Assembly (NCBI GenBank): GCA_036172245.1
Contig: JAYWIR010000004.1
Span: forward strand, 5,704,001-5,768,000
Length of the DNA: 64,000 bases
From: Raillietiella orientalis
Lineage: Eukaryota
Direction of reading: 5' to 3'
Position 1 is the stretch's first letter. Every line of letters begins with the position of its first letter. Of the stretch, positions 14,430 to 26,900 are shown piece after piece. Below the pieces are notes generated by a model. The model made no database searches. It worked only from the letters and a program-made list of their open reading frames with translations, and was not told where the DNA came from. The translations under genes and the position numbers were made by a program.

Positions 14430-15380
14430 CGTCATGGGAAAGAAGGAAGTGGAAAAACTGCTGCCCACGCGCTGCAATCTGTAACTTCAAGAAATGGCAG
14501 CATCAACCAGCGACAAGGATGACACATCGCACTCGCAAGACAGAAGAGTTCGAAGCTATGGCCTTGTTTGTACATCCAGACCTGAAATGGAACGCCTATA
14601 AAACAGAAAGTCCTAGTATTTGGAAGATGCAAGATGACAAATGAAGTCTGATCCGTCCTACTGATCAAGGCATCTCATTCCATTTTATTCATTTCTTTTT
14701 CCATTAAGATGCATTTTTCACTCTCGGCGCATCGCACTGCTGAACACCAAAGCCAATTGCTTCAAACATTCATTCCACTTGTCTTCTGAAACTTGGGCGA
14801 CCACTTTTTCGCCGGTGCGTGCTTGCAGAAGAACGATGGTTCCCTGTTAAGCATAGGACTGTTGAGCATGCTGTACAGTTTTTCCTGTTCCAGGGTTTTC
14901 CAGGTTGCTGATCCAGACTGAAAACCCCTTGGTAAGGGAATCAGCAACATCATGATGCCCTCTTGATGACAGTTCCTGTTCGTGAAGGCATCTGCCGCAG
15001 GCATGCTTTCCTGTAGCTCCAAGCTCCCGCATGAATTTCCAAGTAAGAATTTCTGATGCTAGAAATTTTCTAGCTATTGTTTGCCATCGGAAAAAGTTCC
15101 CAAGGTCACTTAGGAATTAGAAAGCTTCTAATGCCATCTTCCGATGGTTCTCTGAAAACAAACGCTTTTTTCTGGAAGCCAACACACTGGTTCTTCCCTA
15201 AGGTTTCACTTGAAGAGTCTTCAGGGTCTCTTCTGTGGAACGGTGGAACACTTCAAAAACAAAAGGCGAGACTTTTCACATGATGAGCGTTTGTCGCGGT
15301 GTCAGAATGATTGCCTATTCGATAGATTGCTCCATCGACTCCCGGAGTGCTGTGCATTTTGTTCCTGCGGTGGAGAATCA
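14430..15380 (-). mobile_element. decayed non-LTR retrotransposon reverse-transcriptase region
   Basis: Collinear degenerate motifs across frames: STPGVDGAIY (~15350, cf. APGPDGI.Y), WELFPMANNS*K (cf. WRPI.L.N..YK), KGFSVWISNLEN (cf. V.WLDL.NAF), GVQQCDA (cf. GV.QGDP), FCFIGVPF (cf. YKYLGV). Many stops, frameshifts and deletions. Confidence 0.45.
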
Positions 15381-15920
15381 CTAGCTCATCAGTATCCTTT
15401 GAAGCATCACCTCAGACTCCCCTGGCTGCAAATTTTCATCATGCTTGATTTTCCTTCACAGGATCCTTTGCAAATTACATCGTTGCACTCAAATGAACTC
15501 CCTTCACACGTTTCTATGAGCTCAGCTGTGGGAAAAGGATGAGCATCCTGTAGAAAAAACTCTCGCGATTCATCTCATGATTAAAATGCATACTTGCTTC
15601 GGTTTCATAGCACATCTTGCTTCGATGAACAGCATCTCTGTTATTTTAGTCGCGAAAATCCCTCCCCCCCCCAAAAAAAAAACAAAAAAAACTGTTTTAA
15701 AAATCTTGGTAGGTCTGTCCTGAGATGCTGTGATGAGATGGCAGATCGATCTCCTATAGCCGTAATGAGAAATCATCCTGTCACACAATCCGCATCCTTA
15801 CATTTCTGTTTGTACCTTCCGGAGCCGACATCCCTATCGGAGTAACTTTGACGCCTTTGATGTCAGAACTGCTTCGAGAAGTTCGGAGGTCCATCGCCCG
15901 AAGCCCTCAACGAGCCCACA

Positions 15921-16400
15921 TTAGTGGATGCCTCGCCCAAGAAGGCTGTGTGGCATCATAAAGGCCAGGAGGGTGGAACTCTTTGCCAATGGGAGCCGGT
16001 CAGACCGCAGCGGGGTGGACCGAAAGTCGGCACTAGATGCGAAGAGGTCTAGGTCGCTTCTGCTTCCCTTGAAAGCAAGAGACCGCAGCCCTTGGATACA
16101 GTTCTTCGAAGAACGGAAACTCTGCCTGCTTGGGAGCACCGCTGCCGTCCCTGCCCGGAACTGAACCCCTGTTCTTGAGCTTCCGACTGCTCTCCTCACC
16201 TCTGCCCTCATTCTTTGAAAAACATCGCAGAGGTCAAAAAAATGCCCCGAAGGGGGAATTCGGTTCTTCGGTTCCTCCACCTCTGTGTGACCAAGCATCA
16301 GCAATGGTCTCATCGGGGATGTGTGGTGCCTCCCTCCCCCTGTGCGTTTGATCCTGCTCCTCTACCTCCAAAGCATAGCCTGGGAGAGAGTCACGAGCGC
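15921..16400 (-). mobile_element. decayed non-LTR retrotransposon RT fragment
   Basis: ORF 15921..16313 contains, in RT order, LLMLGHTEVEEPKNR..GHFFDLCDVF (cf. L..II..AR.....WLDL.NAF), LRSLAFKGSRSDLDLFASS (cf. LAFADDL.L.A) and LPLAKSSTL (cf. L.FN..KC..L). The catalytic DD is lost. Confidence 0.4.
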
Positions 16401-18164
16401 GCGGTCTGAGGAGGAAACTGCGTTCAGAAGGGACCGGGAAGATGGGTCAGCCGGCGCACCCTCGTCCGACCGGAAACGAGGGGCGCCTTCCTTCCACTTT
16501 GCGTCACTCTTGGAAACCTCGCAGAGGTCACCTTCGGAAACACCGGAAACGCTCGTTCCTTCCCAGCCGGGGGCACTCGGAGTTCCTTTCCAGCGAGAGG
16601 AAATTCCGGGTTTGGGTCTACTCTTCTCGGAGGGGACTTGCCTGGAGGGTGGCGTCCCATCGGAGGTTTCCTTTCCGGAAGCGCTCTGTGGACCCGTGGA
16701 TCCTCCAGGTGCGCAGGCGCGGGTGGCCTTTCAGGAATGGAGGACGCGATGAAGGGGCGAGTTGTTGGTGGGCCACGGACGAGGAGGGGAAGGGGAAGAG
16801 GAGGATGGAAGGAAAGGGGTGAGCTCTTGCATCTCTTCCTCCTCCTCCTCCTCGGAAGTCCTTCCTCCCTCTCTCCTGAAGAGCGCCGGAAATCAAGGGG
16901 TGTCTAGACCGAGGGTCATGGATACTAGAGATGCACCTCAAGCTGGAAGGACCTCCTGAACTAGCTACTCCAAACCGCCCGCTTCCTGTCTTCGCGGTCT
17001 CCTTTCCGGGAGAGAGGGAGATGGAGCACAGGACGAGGGACGACGACGGCAGCGCCCCCTCCTGTCACCCAAGAGGGTCTTCCCGAAGGCATCTCCTTGC
17101 CCTCTGCTCTTCTACTTTCTGTTCCTGCCGGGATAGGATCCGAGTTCTCCTAAAGATTCTGCGAAAAGGGAGGAGGGAAAAAGGGGGGAATGTGGAATAA
17201 GATGAAATGGCGGAGAGGGGGGGGGGAGGCAGGACGCAAGAAGGAGGCTGCAGCCTCCGCACTGCTGTGGCCGAGTCACGCGATCCCTCCGGTTTACGAT
17301 GTGCCTTCCGTGAGCTCGCAGTCGGGACACCGGAAACGCTAAGTGGATTGGGGGTCCCGGACTCCAGGCGGGACTCCTCTTCCTCGTCCTGGGGAGCTCC
17401 GACTCCTGGACGGATCGTAAATTTGGGATTGCCTTCTGTAGGAAGTACCCGGATCGGAAGGAGAGAGGGAAGCTGGAAAATCTCCTCTCGCGTTCCCTCC
17501 TAATTAGGTCTCGAGCTCGTAAACCTTTTACGACCCACCCGGTTCCCGCTCCCCCTGCCGCGCCTCGTGACGTCATTCGGCGCTTTACGGCCTCCTCTCC
17601 TGGGCGACTATTCTCGGAAGAGGGACGAGGAGGAGGAAGCGTGGGTCCCTTCATGAGGAAGGGAGGTCCTTTTCGTTCCTCCCATTCTCCTCCCCATTTC
17701 CTCCACCAGTCCTCTCCCCGAGCTTCCGTGCTCGAGCAAGAGGGGGAGAGAAGCTGCCGATGAAGAGCCGGGAAGGTAGGGAAGAGGCATCCTTGTGGAC
17801 GGGATCTAGCCAGAAACTACCAGGAGCGAAAGGGAGACCGGTCTCGGAAGTGCACTCTCGACCGTGGCTCTCGGAAAACAATCAAAGGGGTAGAAACGCC
17901 TGGGGCAATCCTCCGACCCTCCGAAGCCGTGGCACTCAGAGGTTATGCGGCGGTGACAGCGGAGGATCACCAGTGGGACATGGATGGGTGCTCGTCCTGC
18001 CACTCCAACTCAAGGGCAGGGGAGCAGCTGGGACATGAGAACAGGGCATCCGAGAAGCACATGCGCAGAAGGCCGACGAGGCAACGTCCTTCCTGGGGCC
18101 GCGGTCGTTATCTTACCACCTCTTCCTGCTCCTCAGTGGTGTTGAGAGTAATTCGTTTACTTAT

Positions 18165-18352
18165 CCCCTCCTCTCCTCCTTTACTCCTTCCCTTCTTCCT
18201 CCTTCTCCTCGATGCCTTCCTCCGTCCATAGGATGTGTTTTTCTAGGCAATCTTCTTCCTCTCCTATTCCTTTCTGTCCAGGTGTGGGGGAAAAAGAAGG
18301 GAGGGAGGAAGGGGGAGAAAGAGGAGGAAAAGAAGAAAAAGGGAGGAGGAAG
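18165..18352. repeat. polypyrimidine then polypurine low-complexity tracts (representative of many in 1-3.5 kb and 16-20 kb)
   Basis: C/T-dominated runs at 18165-18275 followed by an almost pure A/G run at 18286-18352; similar GA runs at 686-760 and 2716-2755. Confidence 0.8.
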
Positions 18353-19899
18353 CACCTTTCTCCCGACACGCTCCTGCTGGAACGAGGCGAGAGATCATAC
18401 CGCCTGCTCTCGCACCGCGGATTGCGCGCACCGCTCGCGGCAGGCGAGCTCTCTGACATGCGGGGTCGAAACCCCCAGCGATGGGAGGGCGCATCGATCC
18501 TGGTGAGGAGACAGATCATCCGTCCTTCCGAGCTCGGAGGTGGTCTACTTGGACGGTATATCCCCCCTCACCCCTTCGGTCGGCTCAATCCCTTCGTCAC
18601 GCTTCCCATTTGCCCCTTCCCACCTTGTTGATGCCCCTTCTCCCTCCCTCCTTCCCTTTCTCATGCCGTGGAGACACTCGCGAGACACTTCGCCGCTGTT
18701 CCTTCGCTCTCCTTCCGTGCGGCGAAGCAAAGGGAACGACGGGAGAGAAGGAAGTGGAGTCACTCTTAGGAGAAAGCTGGAATTCTTTCATGAGATGCAG
18801 CGGACTCAAGGCCTTCTCCAGCGGAGAGACTGATACGTGTCACAAAAAAAAATCGGTGCAGAGGTGTTGCTGCTGGTCACGAAGACACCGGGAAGGTCGG
18901 CAGCTGGCTGAGATCTTCCCGTCTTTGTCGTCGACAGGACAGCCTTTTCTCATTCGTGGGAAGAAAAACAGGGCCTCTCTTCCCTTCTCATCTCCCAGGT
19001 TGAACTATCCTCATCTGTCCGGCGACGTCCCTCCCCCCTTCCACGACTCGATCGCCGACCTCGCGCTTGAGCTCCCTCTTGCGGTTCCGGCTCTCGGTGG
19101 CCTCGGAGATAGTCAGCTACCGTCATCATTGAGAAGGGAGCCTATCATACATTGCGGCAGCTGTGCATAGACCAACGCTTCCACCCATGCTAGCCGTCAT
19201 AAGCAGCAACTATCGACCGGAGACCGGCGGAGGGAGGATAGGAGAGAGCGCAGCACGCTTTCCTCTGATTGGAACTTGCGGGCTCTTCCAAGAGGATTTT
19301 CTCAGGGCATCGTCCTGGTCAGAGATCGCTTCTGTCTGGACGGTCCTGTAGCCTGCTCGAACGTCCAGGCGCTGAAGGAAGTCTCCGGGAGGAGGTGACC
19401 ACACCTGCCCTGGCTGCGCGCGCCACTGCGTCACCGGAAGAGAAGGGACGCTGCTGCGGTAGAGTCTCCAAGAGCGCAGCAAGCCGGCACGCCTCTCGAG
19501 GACGCGAAAAGGCAAGCAGTAGGGTCGAGAAAGCTACAAGAAAGGGTCAGTTTCCAGCTCCTCCAGAGGCCCGAGGCTCTCTGGCAGGAGGAGTCTGCAG
19601 GGAAAGGCGTACGGACGTTTCCGGCAGCGTGAAAGTCCCTCTCGACCGATGGTGACCTGCTGTATCCAGCCGCCGCGCGAGAATGGGGCCCGAGTGGTAG
19701 CCGAGGGAAAAAGAAAAACAAAGGCGGTGGTGCCCCTGGAACAAACACCTCGGTCGAAGCCCCTCCCCTCCTAGATTCCCTGACCCTCCTCCTTACTCCG
19801 TCACGCTGCCTCAGGGTCCCGGCCAGGTCCCAACAGCCACCTTCAAACGTGCGCGCCTACATGGTGGTACGAGGATGCTGTGCTCTTCTGAACTACAGC

Positions 19900-20420
19900 T
19901 CCTGTGATGTGTTGCCGCCGAGTAGATATCCTGAGCTCGCCACTGACTCCCCGCGTTCTCTTCGTACTTCTCCTGAGAGTTTCCCCGAGCCGTCCCCGGG
20001 AGCGAGAACTCTTGGCATTCCTTAAGAAACAGGGGGAAGGAACTCTCCCGAGGATTTTCGTCTCACATCTTGCTCTTTCCCGCCCGGCAAGCCATCTCCG
20101 GCAGCCGGCCTTGAGACGGCACGCACGACCCTGTGGCTTGAAGGCACGTTGTCTTCCGCGTTCGGCACCGTTTCTCGGGAGCACGGCTCGTGTAGGCAGC
20201 GCTGCGGGCTTGGTCCCGTGGTCCAGTCGCTTCCTTCCAGGCGAGGAGAGGAGAGCAGAAAGCTTCTAAAGCTTCTTCTGATACCCGAGCATCCGAAGGT
20301 CTGAGTTTGCTGGGTGCCTGCCGCAACGGCTCTGAGCAACTAGAAAGCACCCTTCCACGCGCGCTGCCAAGGTGCAGGTCAGAGTCTTCGTATCTGCAAA
20401 AGAGTCGGCTCGTTCCCTCC
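19900..20420 (-). mobile_element. possible decayed RLE-type non-LTR RT thumb region
   Basis: YEDSDLHLG (cf. Y.YLG), AFCSPLLAWKE (cf. I..S.L.PWQK) and SRGRLGETL (cf. GGLG..L) occur in order; weak. Confidence 0.3.
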
Positions 20421-21264
20421 TCCTCCCTCGTCTTTCCCCCAATGCAGAGACCAATAATCAGCGTACTGGTAGACATCCCCTTGTCGATTCGTATAGGGTG
20501 AGTCCATGCCTACTCAAGAGAGCCGAAAAGAAGCCATGGATCTCTTCACTCAGACTGCATGGAGAAGAATTGAGCTTCCCCTCAAACGGAAACACTTTTT
20601 GCTGAACTCCTTGTTCCTCAGAGTTTCGTGTTTGGAAAAGGAAAAACGCTCACGCACGTTCGTGTTCGAAACTGAGGGCAGTAGCATGCCTGACCAAACA
20701 CTCTTGAACTAAACACAAACACGGAATCTACGCAGGCAGCGTAGCCACATCTTTGGCATCGCAGTGCGGCTGTCGCCTGTGCCCTCCATGCAAGTGAACA
20801 GGTGAGACGTCCTGAGTTCGAGATCTGAAGGAGAATTTCCGTTTTCAGGGAAAGGAGATAAGAGGAGAGGAGATGGGAACGAGATCAGCCTTCCGAAGAA
20901 TACCTTCCGCTTCTTAGCAGGTGCAAGTACACGAATCAGGGCGAGATTACATAAGCAGTACATGTTTCAATGGTCGTAACGAGAATCTGCAGACTGTCTA
21001 ATGTAAATTTGGACCATGTGAAGTTCTACAGCCAAGTAGGAATCCATACCAAAGGATGCTGGTCTCATACAAGATAGAGAGGCTTGCTAACGAACAAATA
21101 AATTGTGCAACTGGATGCAGAGCCAGTCATGAAATTTCAGTGCTATAAGTTTTTTGGTCCATCACGTCAAGCGATTTGGCATTCCATTTATGAGAACTAT
21201 GTGACAGAAAGAAGCAAAAGGGAAGGAGTACTAAGATGAATGCTTCAGATAGCTATTTTTGAAA

Positions 21265-21507
21265 AGAGATGATTACCAAAAAGAAGTAATTAAAGGATTG
21301 AATAAAATTGAAGGCATTCCTGGAATAATGTTGTTTCGTGCTGATGCTGAGTTGGATGGAAGTAGTAATTGGGTTCCTGACCGTGGAAGGGTGCTAAATG
21401 TAGTAGTCGAAGGGAACACTGCAGAGGAAGCTAAAAGTGAAGTGTACTCGGCCGTAAATTTTTTAGGATGACCAGGAGGTTTCTTCAGGTACGATGTTGA
21501 CAGCTAA
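21265..21507 (+). pseudogene. purD: decayed C-terminal fragment of bacterial phosphoribosylamine-glycine ligase (PurD, GARS_C domain), Wolbachia/Rickettsiales-like; probable lateral transfer
   Basis: Translates DDYQKEVIKGLNKIEGIPGIMLFRADAELDGSSNWVPDRGRVLNVVVEGNTAEEAKSEVYSAVNFLG*PGGFFRYDVDS*. This follows the GARS_C pattern Y..G..I.GL / vFHAGT / GGRVL.V / A...Y / F.R.DI. It is intronless, lacks the N-terminal ~340 aa, has an in-frame TGA (21469-21471), and conserved residues are substituted (FHAGT->FRADA, GGRVL->RGRVL). The Wolbachia affinity is from recall, not from a search. Confidence 0.8.
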
Positions 21508-23499
21508 CGTTAGCTTCAGCAGTACTAAAGGGTTGAGAATCTTAGTTTTCCTTTCTTAAAGATATTTTAAAAATACTAGACATACAACTGATACGTGGTT
21601 AAAAAAATGGCCTTTTTTTGAATGAAAAAACCTGAACTAAATTGACCCGAATCACAGGACTTTTCTGAAAGATCAAAAGCGCATGTGCGCAACGGAGTAG
21701 CAAAGTAGCAGATAAAAGAGCGGATGCAGAAAGCGAAACTGTAATGTATATAATAAATAAAGTGCTAAATAGTAAGGTGGGTAAAGAGCCGCTTAAGAAT
21801 AGATATAGATACAGTGCGAAGTGAGGGGGTAATCAAAGCTCTGTTTATGAATACAATTGAACATGTACACTTCTTAGTTTCAGATTAAATTTTGAAGCTT
21901 GGTTTGGAATTCACAACTGTTGTCAGGATCAGATCAGGGTGAGTCTTCACTTCTGATATGGACCTATGGACTGCTAGCAAGCTCTTCTAAAATTGGACGT
22001 GCTCTTTTTTATGCCCCTTACATCTTTCATATTTTCTATTAAAAATACTTGAAATGAATCAGACAGAACTTTGGTATGACGGAACCTTCACATCATTAAG
22101 TGCAGATAAGTCTGCCTTGATGATCTGCTCAAACTGTATGCATGGGTTGTTGCACATGTTGTGGACCAATGGGTTTTACAGACCTTTAAATAAACTGAGA
22201 AATTCTATGAGTCCGAATAAACCAAATTATTGGTTGTCTTGAAAATTCATGTTTCGAATCTTGGAAATTAAAGATTTTTCAAGAACTGAATAATGAGCCA
22301 AATGATGGCAAAAGAACTGTCTTGAGGAACACTTAAATCACTAGATATGTTGAGAGGTCAAATAATCAGAGGTCAAATAATTTCTCTGCAGTGTTAAGTA
22401 GGCCAGCAAAAGTCAAAAACTAGTCAGTGGATTTTGGAATTCACCATCTTCAAATGAAAGGTGTATCTGTCTTAGAGAACTCGTTCCCAGATCGATGCGG
22501 GTGCTTCATCAGTTTATCACCCACATTGCTCAGAGCTTTAACTGCATGACGACAACTCAAATGTTCCTGTGAGTCACCAGTGCAGCGAACCATCTTATAT
22601 TGGGATGCCGAAAATTCTCCACAAAATTCCTTCGGTTTTCCCATGCACATAGCATCCACGGACGAAAGAAACGCTACGGTTTTTCCATGCAACAGGACAA
22701 AATTATCTGAGACAGCAGATTTTCGAGAGAGAAAACAAAGTCGAAGTCTTCTGCTCGTCCTTCCGACTAATGCGTCAGAGAAATAAATGAAATTTCTTAT
22801 TTCTTTCTCTCTCTCCATTGCTCTCACTCTCTCCTTTTTTGCAATCGAGGAACCGGCAAAATTTGGCGGTAAACGAATCAAAGCATGGCGTTTGCTGCTG
22901 AAGCGGTTTTTATTACCGGAGCAGAAATCAAATACGATTCCACTAGGGTCCTGGAATGTTTTCCTACCTCCACAAGGTGCAGTATTCAAAAATGAAGTGG
23001 AAGAAGGAAGAAGTACATATCGGGAATTCCGACGTACTGAAAGAGGAGCAAAGAGTTCATGTCAGTAACAGGTATCCTTCCTTTCCTCTCCCTCCCAACA
23101 ACTTCCACATGGTTCTTCGGTCTGAGTCTCGTAATAGCAATAAAGGAACTGCAAGTATTGCCAGCAATTTCTCGAAAACAAAACGAAACCAAAAAGGAGG
23201 CAGGAAAAAAAAATAGAAATCTGGAACAGCTTGAGGAGAAATAGTCTCCGTTTGTGGATGACAAGAGCAGAATTCCAGGAGTCTCGTGTACTTGCACCCG
23301 GTGTCTTGAACACGGTCCTCCCAGCCAACGGAATAAGGGTGAAGATCTGAGGGCCAAAAGGTCATTCTGTCTCAAGAAATTTGCTTCGGAAATCTCAAGG
23401 AGAAGAAAATATCTTTTCTTACCTTTATTTTGAGGATGCACATCGCTCATCACCCTTGACTCCGCAGATTAAGGAAAGGTACTGCGTGTGATTGATGCA

Positions 23500-23900
23500 A
23501 AAGAGCCGCCCATGATGCTTGAGAGAGGAATGCAACGAAACTGAACCGATGACGGTGCTCTCGGTGGAAATCAAAGGAAAACTGGATGGAGCCAAGAACA
23601 GTGCGTACAAGTACGTCTTCTTTCAGAGAGAGAGACACAACGATGCAAAGGATGCAGACTCAATGGCTACTCCTCGAGTGATTTCAACATCGATCAAGAT
23701 GGTGTTTCCTGGATGTTGATGCTCATGCAATGGAAAATTCTTCTCCTTAGAGCGATGAGCAAGGAAAGGAAACAGTTTTATCCCACTTCTGTTGCAGCGT
23801 TTGTTCGAAAGGAACCTGAAAAAGGATGCAGACCGAATGGACCGGAGATTGAGACGCAAAGTCGCCGTCAAACTATGCAATCAACCTACCCAGGAGAATT
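23500..23900 (+). mobile_element. possible decayed RLE-type non-LTR RT thumb region
   Basis: NSAYKYV (cf. YKYLG), MQWKILLLRAM..FYP (cf. PWQK...L..F..P) and DRRLRRKV (cf. D..IR..VK) occur in order; weak. Confidence 0.3.
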
Positions 23901-26900
23901 TAAAAAACAGCCACGGTGTTCTAGAAGGCTTCTTGGTGGATGGGAAGAGTTGCCTGTTCTGCCTTACTTATCACTTTCCTTCCGAATGGAATTCATTTTC
24001 TCGATGCGAGGGATTTCCCGATCCGTGGTAGGTCTAGTTGATGGCCGCTACCATTCTCACAGATAGGCTCTACATCTGTCCAGGTGAAGCACAACAGCAT
24101 TCCAGATAGAGTCCTTTTCTTTCGTTTGCAAAAAAGTCTCCACAACGCGTCTTGGAGCGACGAACACTATTCCGAGGGGAAGGAAACGACTTGGACCAGT
24201 CATCAGTCAGCCATACTTTTCGTTATCAATGGAGGCTGGGGAAAATGCCCTCAAGGTGCTCAACAGCTGAATATTTTGTTTCTTCCGATGTGAAATAGAG
24301 TAAGCCGCTCAACTGCTACGCGTGCCTTCGTGGAGACCTTTGACCTTTCCGCATCTGTCTTCGCCTCTCCTCCATCCACAGGCCACTCTAATTAAAAGAA
24401 TTGAATTCGAGCACCACTTTATGGGATCGAGGTTGTTCCTTCTCTCCCATGTGGCTTCCACGTTGCGTGCACTTTCCGGGAAAAAAGAAGCGTACCTGTG
24501 ATGTAATCTGCTGATGAAACACGCCTGATTCGATTCCGTTGCATCATTCGTATCGATCATGAACTCTCCTCCTCCTTCGCTCGAATGCTCCAAGCGGTTT
24601 TTGATGGTTCCGCTTATGATTTAAGATTTTCACTCCATGCAAATGAAGTCAGGCTCCTCCGTTTTGGCTCATCTCGCGGCCCCAGAGCCTCGGTCCCGCA
24701 CCGGAGCGAAGGTATTTCCCACGTACCCGTCCTCCGTAATCCTCGAGTGCACTTTGGAATTATGGGATGAAAAATCGTTCCGGGTTTATTAGGTACGTTG
24801 AATTGATGATATCCGCTTGATTCGAACTTGCTCTCATGAGCTCCCAAGACAGAGCTCCTCCCCTGTCTTGCGGAGTTTCCAAGCAACGGAACTTTCGCGC
24901 TTCCATTTCCTTTCCAAGTGGCTGGATGCAGTGAAACGAGACTTCTTTCTTCAGAAACGACCTCGGGTTCATGTATTGAGGAACAGCACGAGTCACTTCC
25001 ACTCCGCCGAGCGCAGTAGAAGGGCATCTGGATTGCCGAGCTCCCAGCTTCCTCCGCCGATTAGAAAACTCATTACTGCCGTGGTCCGCTGAACAGGAAG
25101 GCGTTGGATTTCCGAGGTGGTTGGGTTTCTTCTGGAATGCCCATGATCCAGCGACCGAAAGAGCTCAAGGCTGTCCCTGGAATTTTCGACACATTCGGTT
25201 CCCCTTTCTTACTTTTGATTATCCCGTTATTTCGAGTCTTCCCGCCCTGTTTCCTGTTGCGGAACCGGTTGGTAATCAACTTATCTTTGACAACTGGATG
25301 CGCTTGCGAAGGAAAAAGGTTGATGGCTGAACCAGTCCCACGAACGAGTGCCGGAACGTAAACTGGGAATTAGGAAGATTGCTCCCGAATCGGATTGCTT
25401 CCAGCTGAGGATGAGCCGCGTCGCAGGCTTTCTGGATCACTGGGTTTCTCCACGACGGTTTGGCGAGCGAGCGAGGAGGGTGGATGTTCTTCGCGAAGCT
25501 GCAGAGGCACCATGGATGCGTCACCAGGTAGACCTCCGCCGTTCGGAGGCTGCTGCTAAGCTGAACTCCTTCAGAGGTCTCTCCCGGGGCGTGAGAGGAA
25601 CGGACTCCCTTCTCCGGAGCCCTTCCTGAGGGAGGCGGCCCGGGCCGAGCTGGAGCGAGCTCGGTCAGAAAACGGAGGCTCCAAAACTCTGGAGCGTTCT
25701 CTGGCGCGGAGACAAAGCGAAGCTGGAGGATGGAGCTGCAAACCGACAGACGCTGAAGCAGGCGAAAGAACGGACACACCAGGTCTTTCTGAGATTGAGG
25801 GGGGAATGCCGCCCGTAAGCGCCACGAAGCAGATGAATGATCGTCTCGAGAAAGAAACGGGGGGAGAGCGAGGAACGAGCCCGGAGCGAGAGAAATGAAC
25901 CACTTCGAGGATTCCGCAAGGGATCGGGGCGCTCTCTGGTGAAACTTTTAGCAAAGTGTCACAGTCCGATCCCCATCTTGTTCTTCTCCCTCTTCCTTTC
26001 TCGCTGGGATCGATCCGACCGAAAACATTATATTCGCCGGGGATCCTCGCGAACTTTGATTGCAGTGCTCGTGACTGAGCGCCCGTGATCACTTCGCAAG
26101 GGATACGGGAGAGGATGAGGAAACTGCCCGACCATGAAAGCGGAGGAAAATTACCGATCTTTCCGCCAGATCCCATCAGCCGATGGAAGAGATGTTTGCT
26201 CTCGGGTGCTGAAAAGCACCATTCAATTTTCTTAATGATATAAACAATAAACTGTAGAGATAAAGATACGGGAATGGGGGGGGGGAAAGGGTGCTGCCAT
26301 GACTTATTGCAAATTGAGAGAAACCTAATATCCTGAGAGGAGAAGAATGGAGCAAGGAAGAAAGAACAGAAGAAGAAAAGAAAAGAGAAAAATAAATAAA
26401 TAAATGAAAGGTGGAGTTGCGCGCGCTTAGGCTTTTGCAACGGTTCCTGGGAGAAAAGTTTCCCAAATTCATTAACCAGAAGTCATTTTGGCCCAGGAAT
26501 TCCAATTTGCTGCGTCCCATGCTTCTCAGATTAGTAACGGTAAGGGGAAACCTCTGCGCGCACACAAGTGATTTTCTACAAGTAAAAAAAAGAATATATA
26601 TATATATATATAGAATGATGACCTGCGACCCAAAGTTATCATCTCCCATCTACTCCTGCTGTCGGTTCTTGCATTATTCACTCGTGAGAGTTCGTTCGTT
26701 TCCCGGAGTTCGAAAGTCTGGAGGAGCGAGGCTTCCCGGAGTCTGGAAAACACGCAGCAATCGCTCGCTCGCTCTTCCAGATTAAGCAAAAATCCCAACG
26801 CATCCATCCTAATAACTTGTGACGGCCTCATTTAGGCAGTTTCTCGGGAAGCCCCACGCTCGAGACGAGCACGGGATTCTTTTCACCCGTGCTCGAGCAC

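Noticed and set aside
10920..15074. 17-nt palindromes at 10920-10936 and 15058-15074
   Set aside because: Arms of 8 bp are expected about once per 64 kb by chance.
21259..21471. Exon of the host trifunctional GART gene
   Set aside because: It has an internal stop, degraded conserved motifs and a terminal stop at the GARS domain end, and no other GART exons were found in the window.
22353..22381. AGAGGTCAAATAAT duplicated (two AGGTCA half-sites)
   Set aside because: Most simply a local 15-bp slippage duplication; no support for a nuclear-receptor element.
24505..24560. Hammerhead ribozyme cores at CTGATGA sites (also ~27585, ~49929, ~59379, ~62188, and minus strand ~32071)
   Set aside because: None has a pairing stem II followed by GAAA and a stem III.
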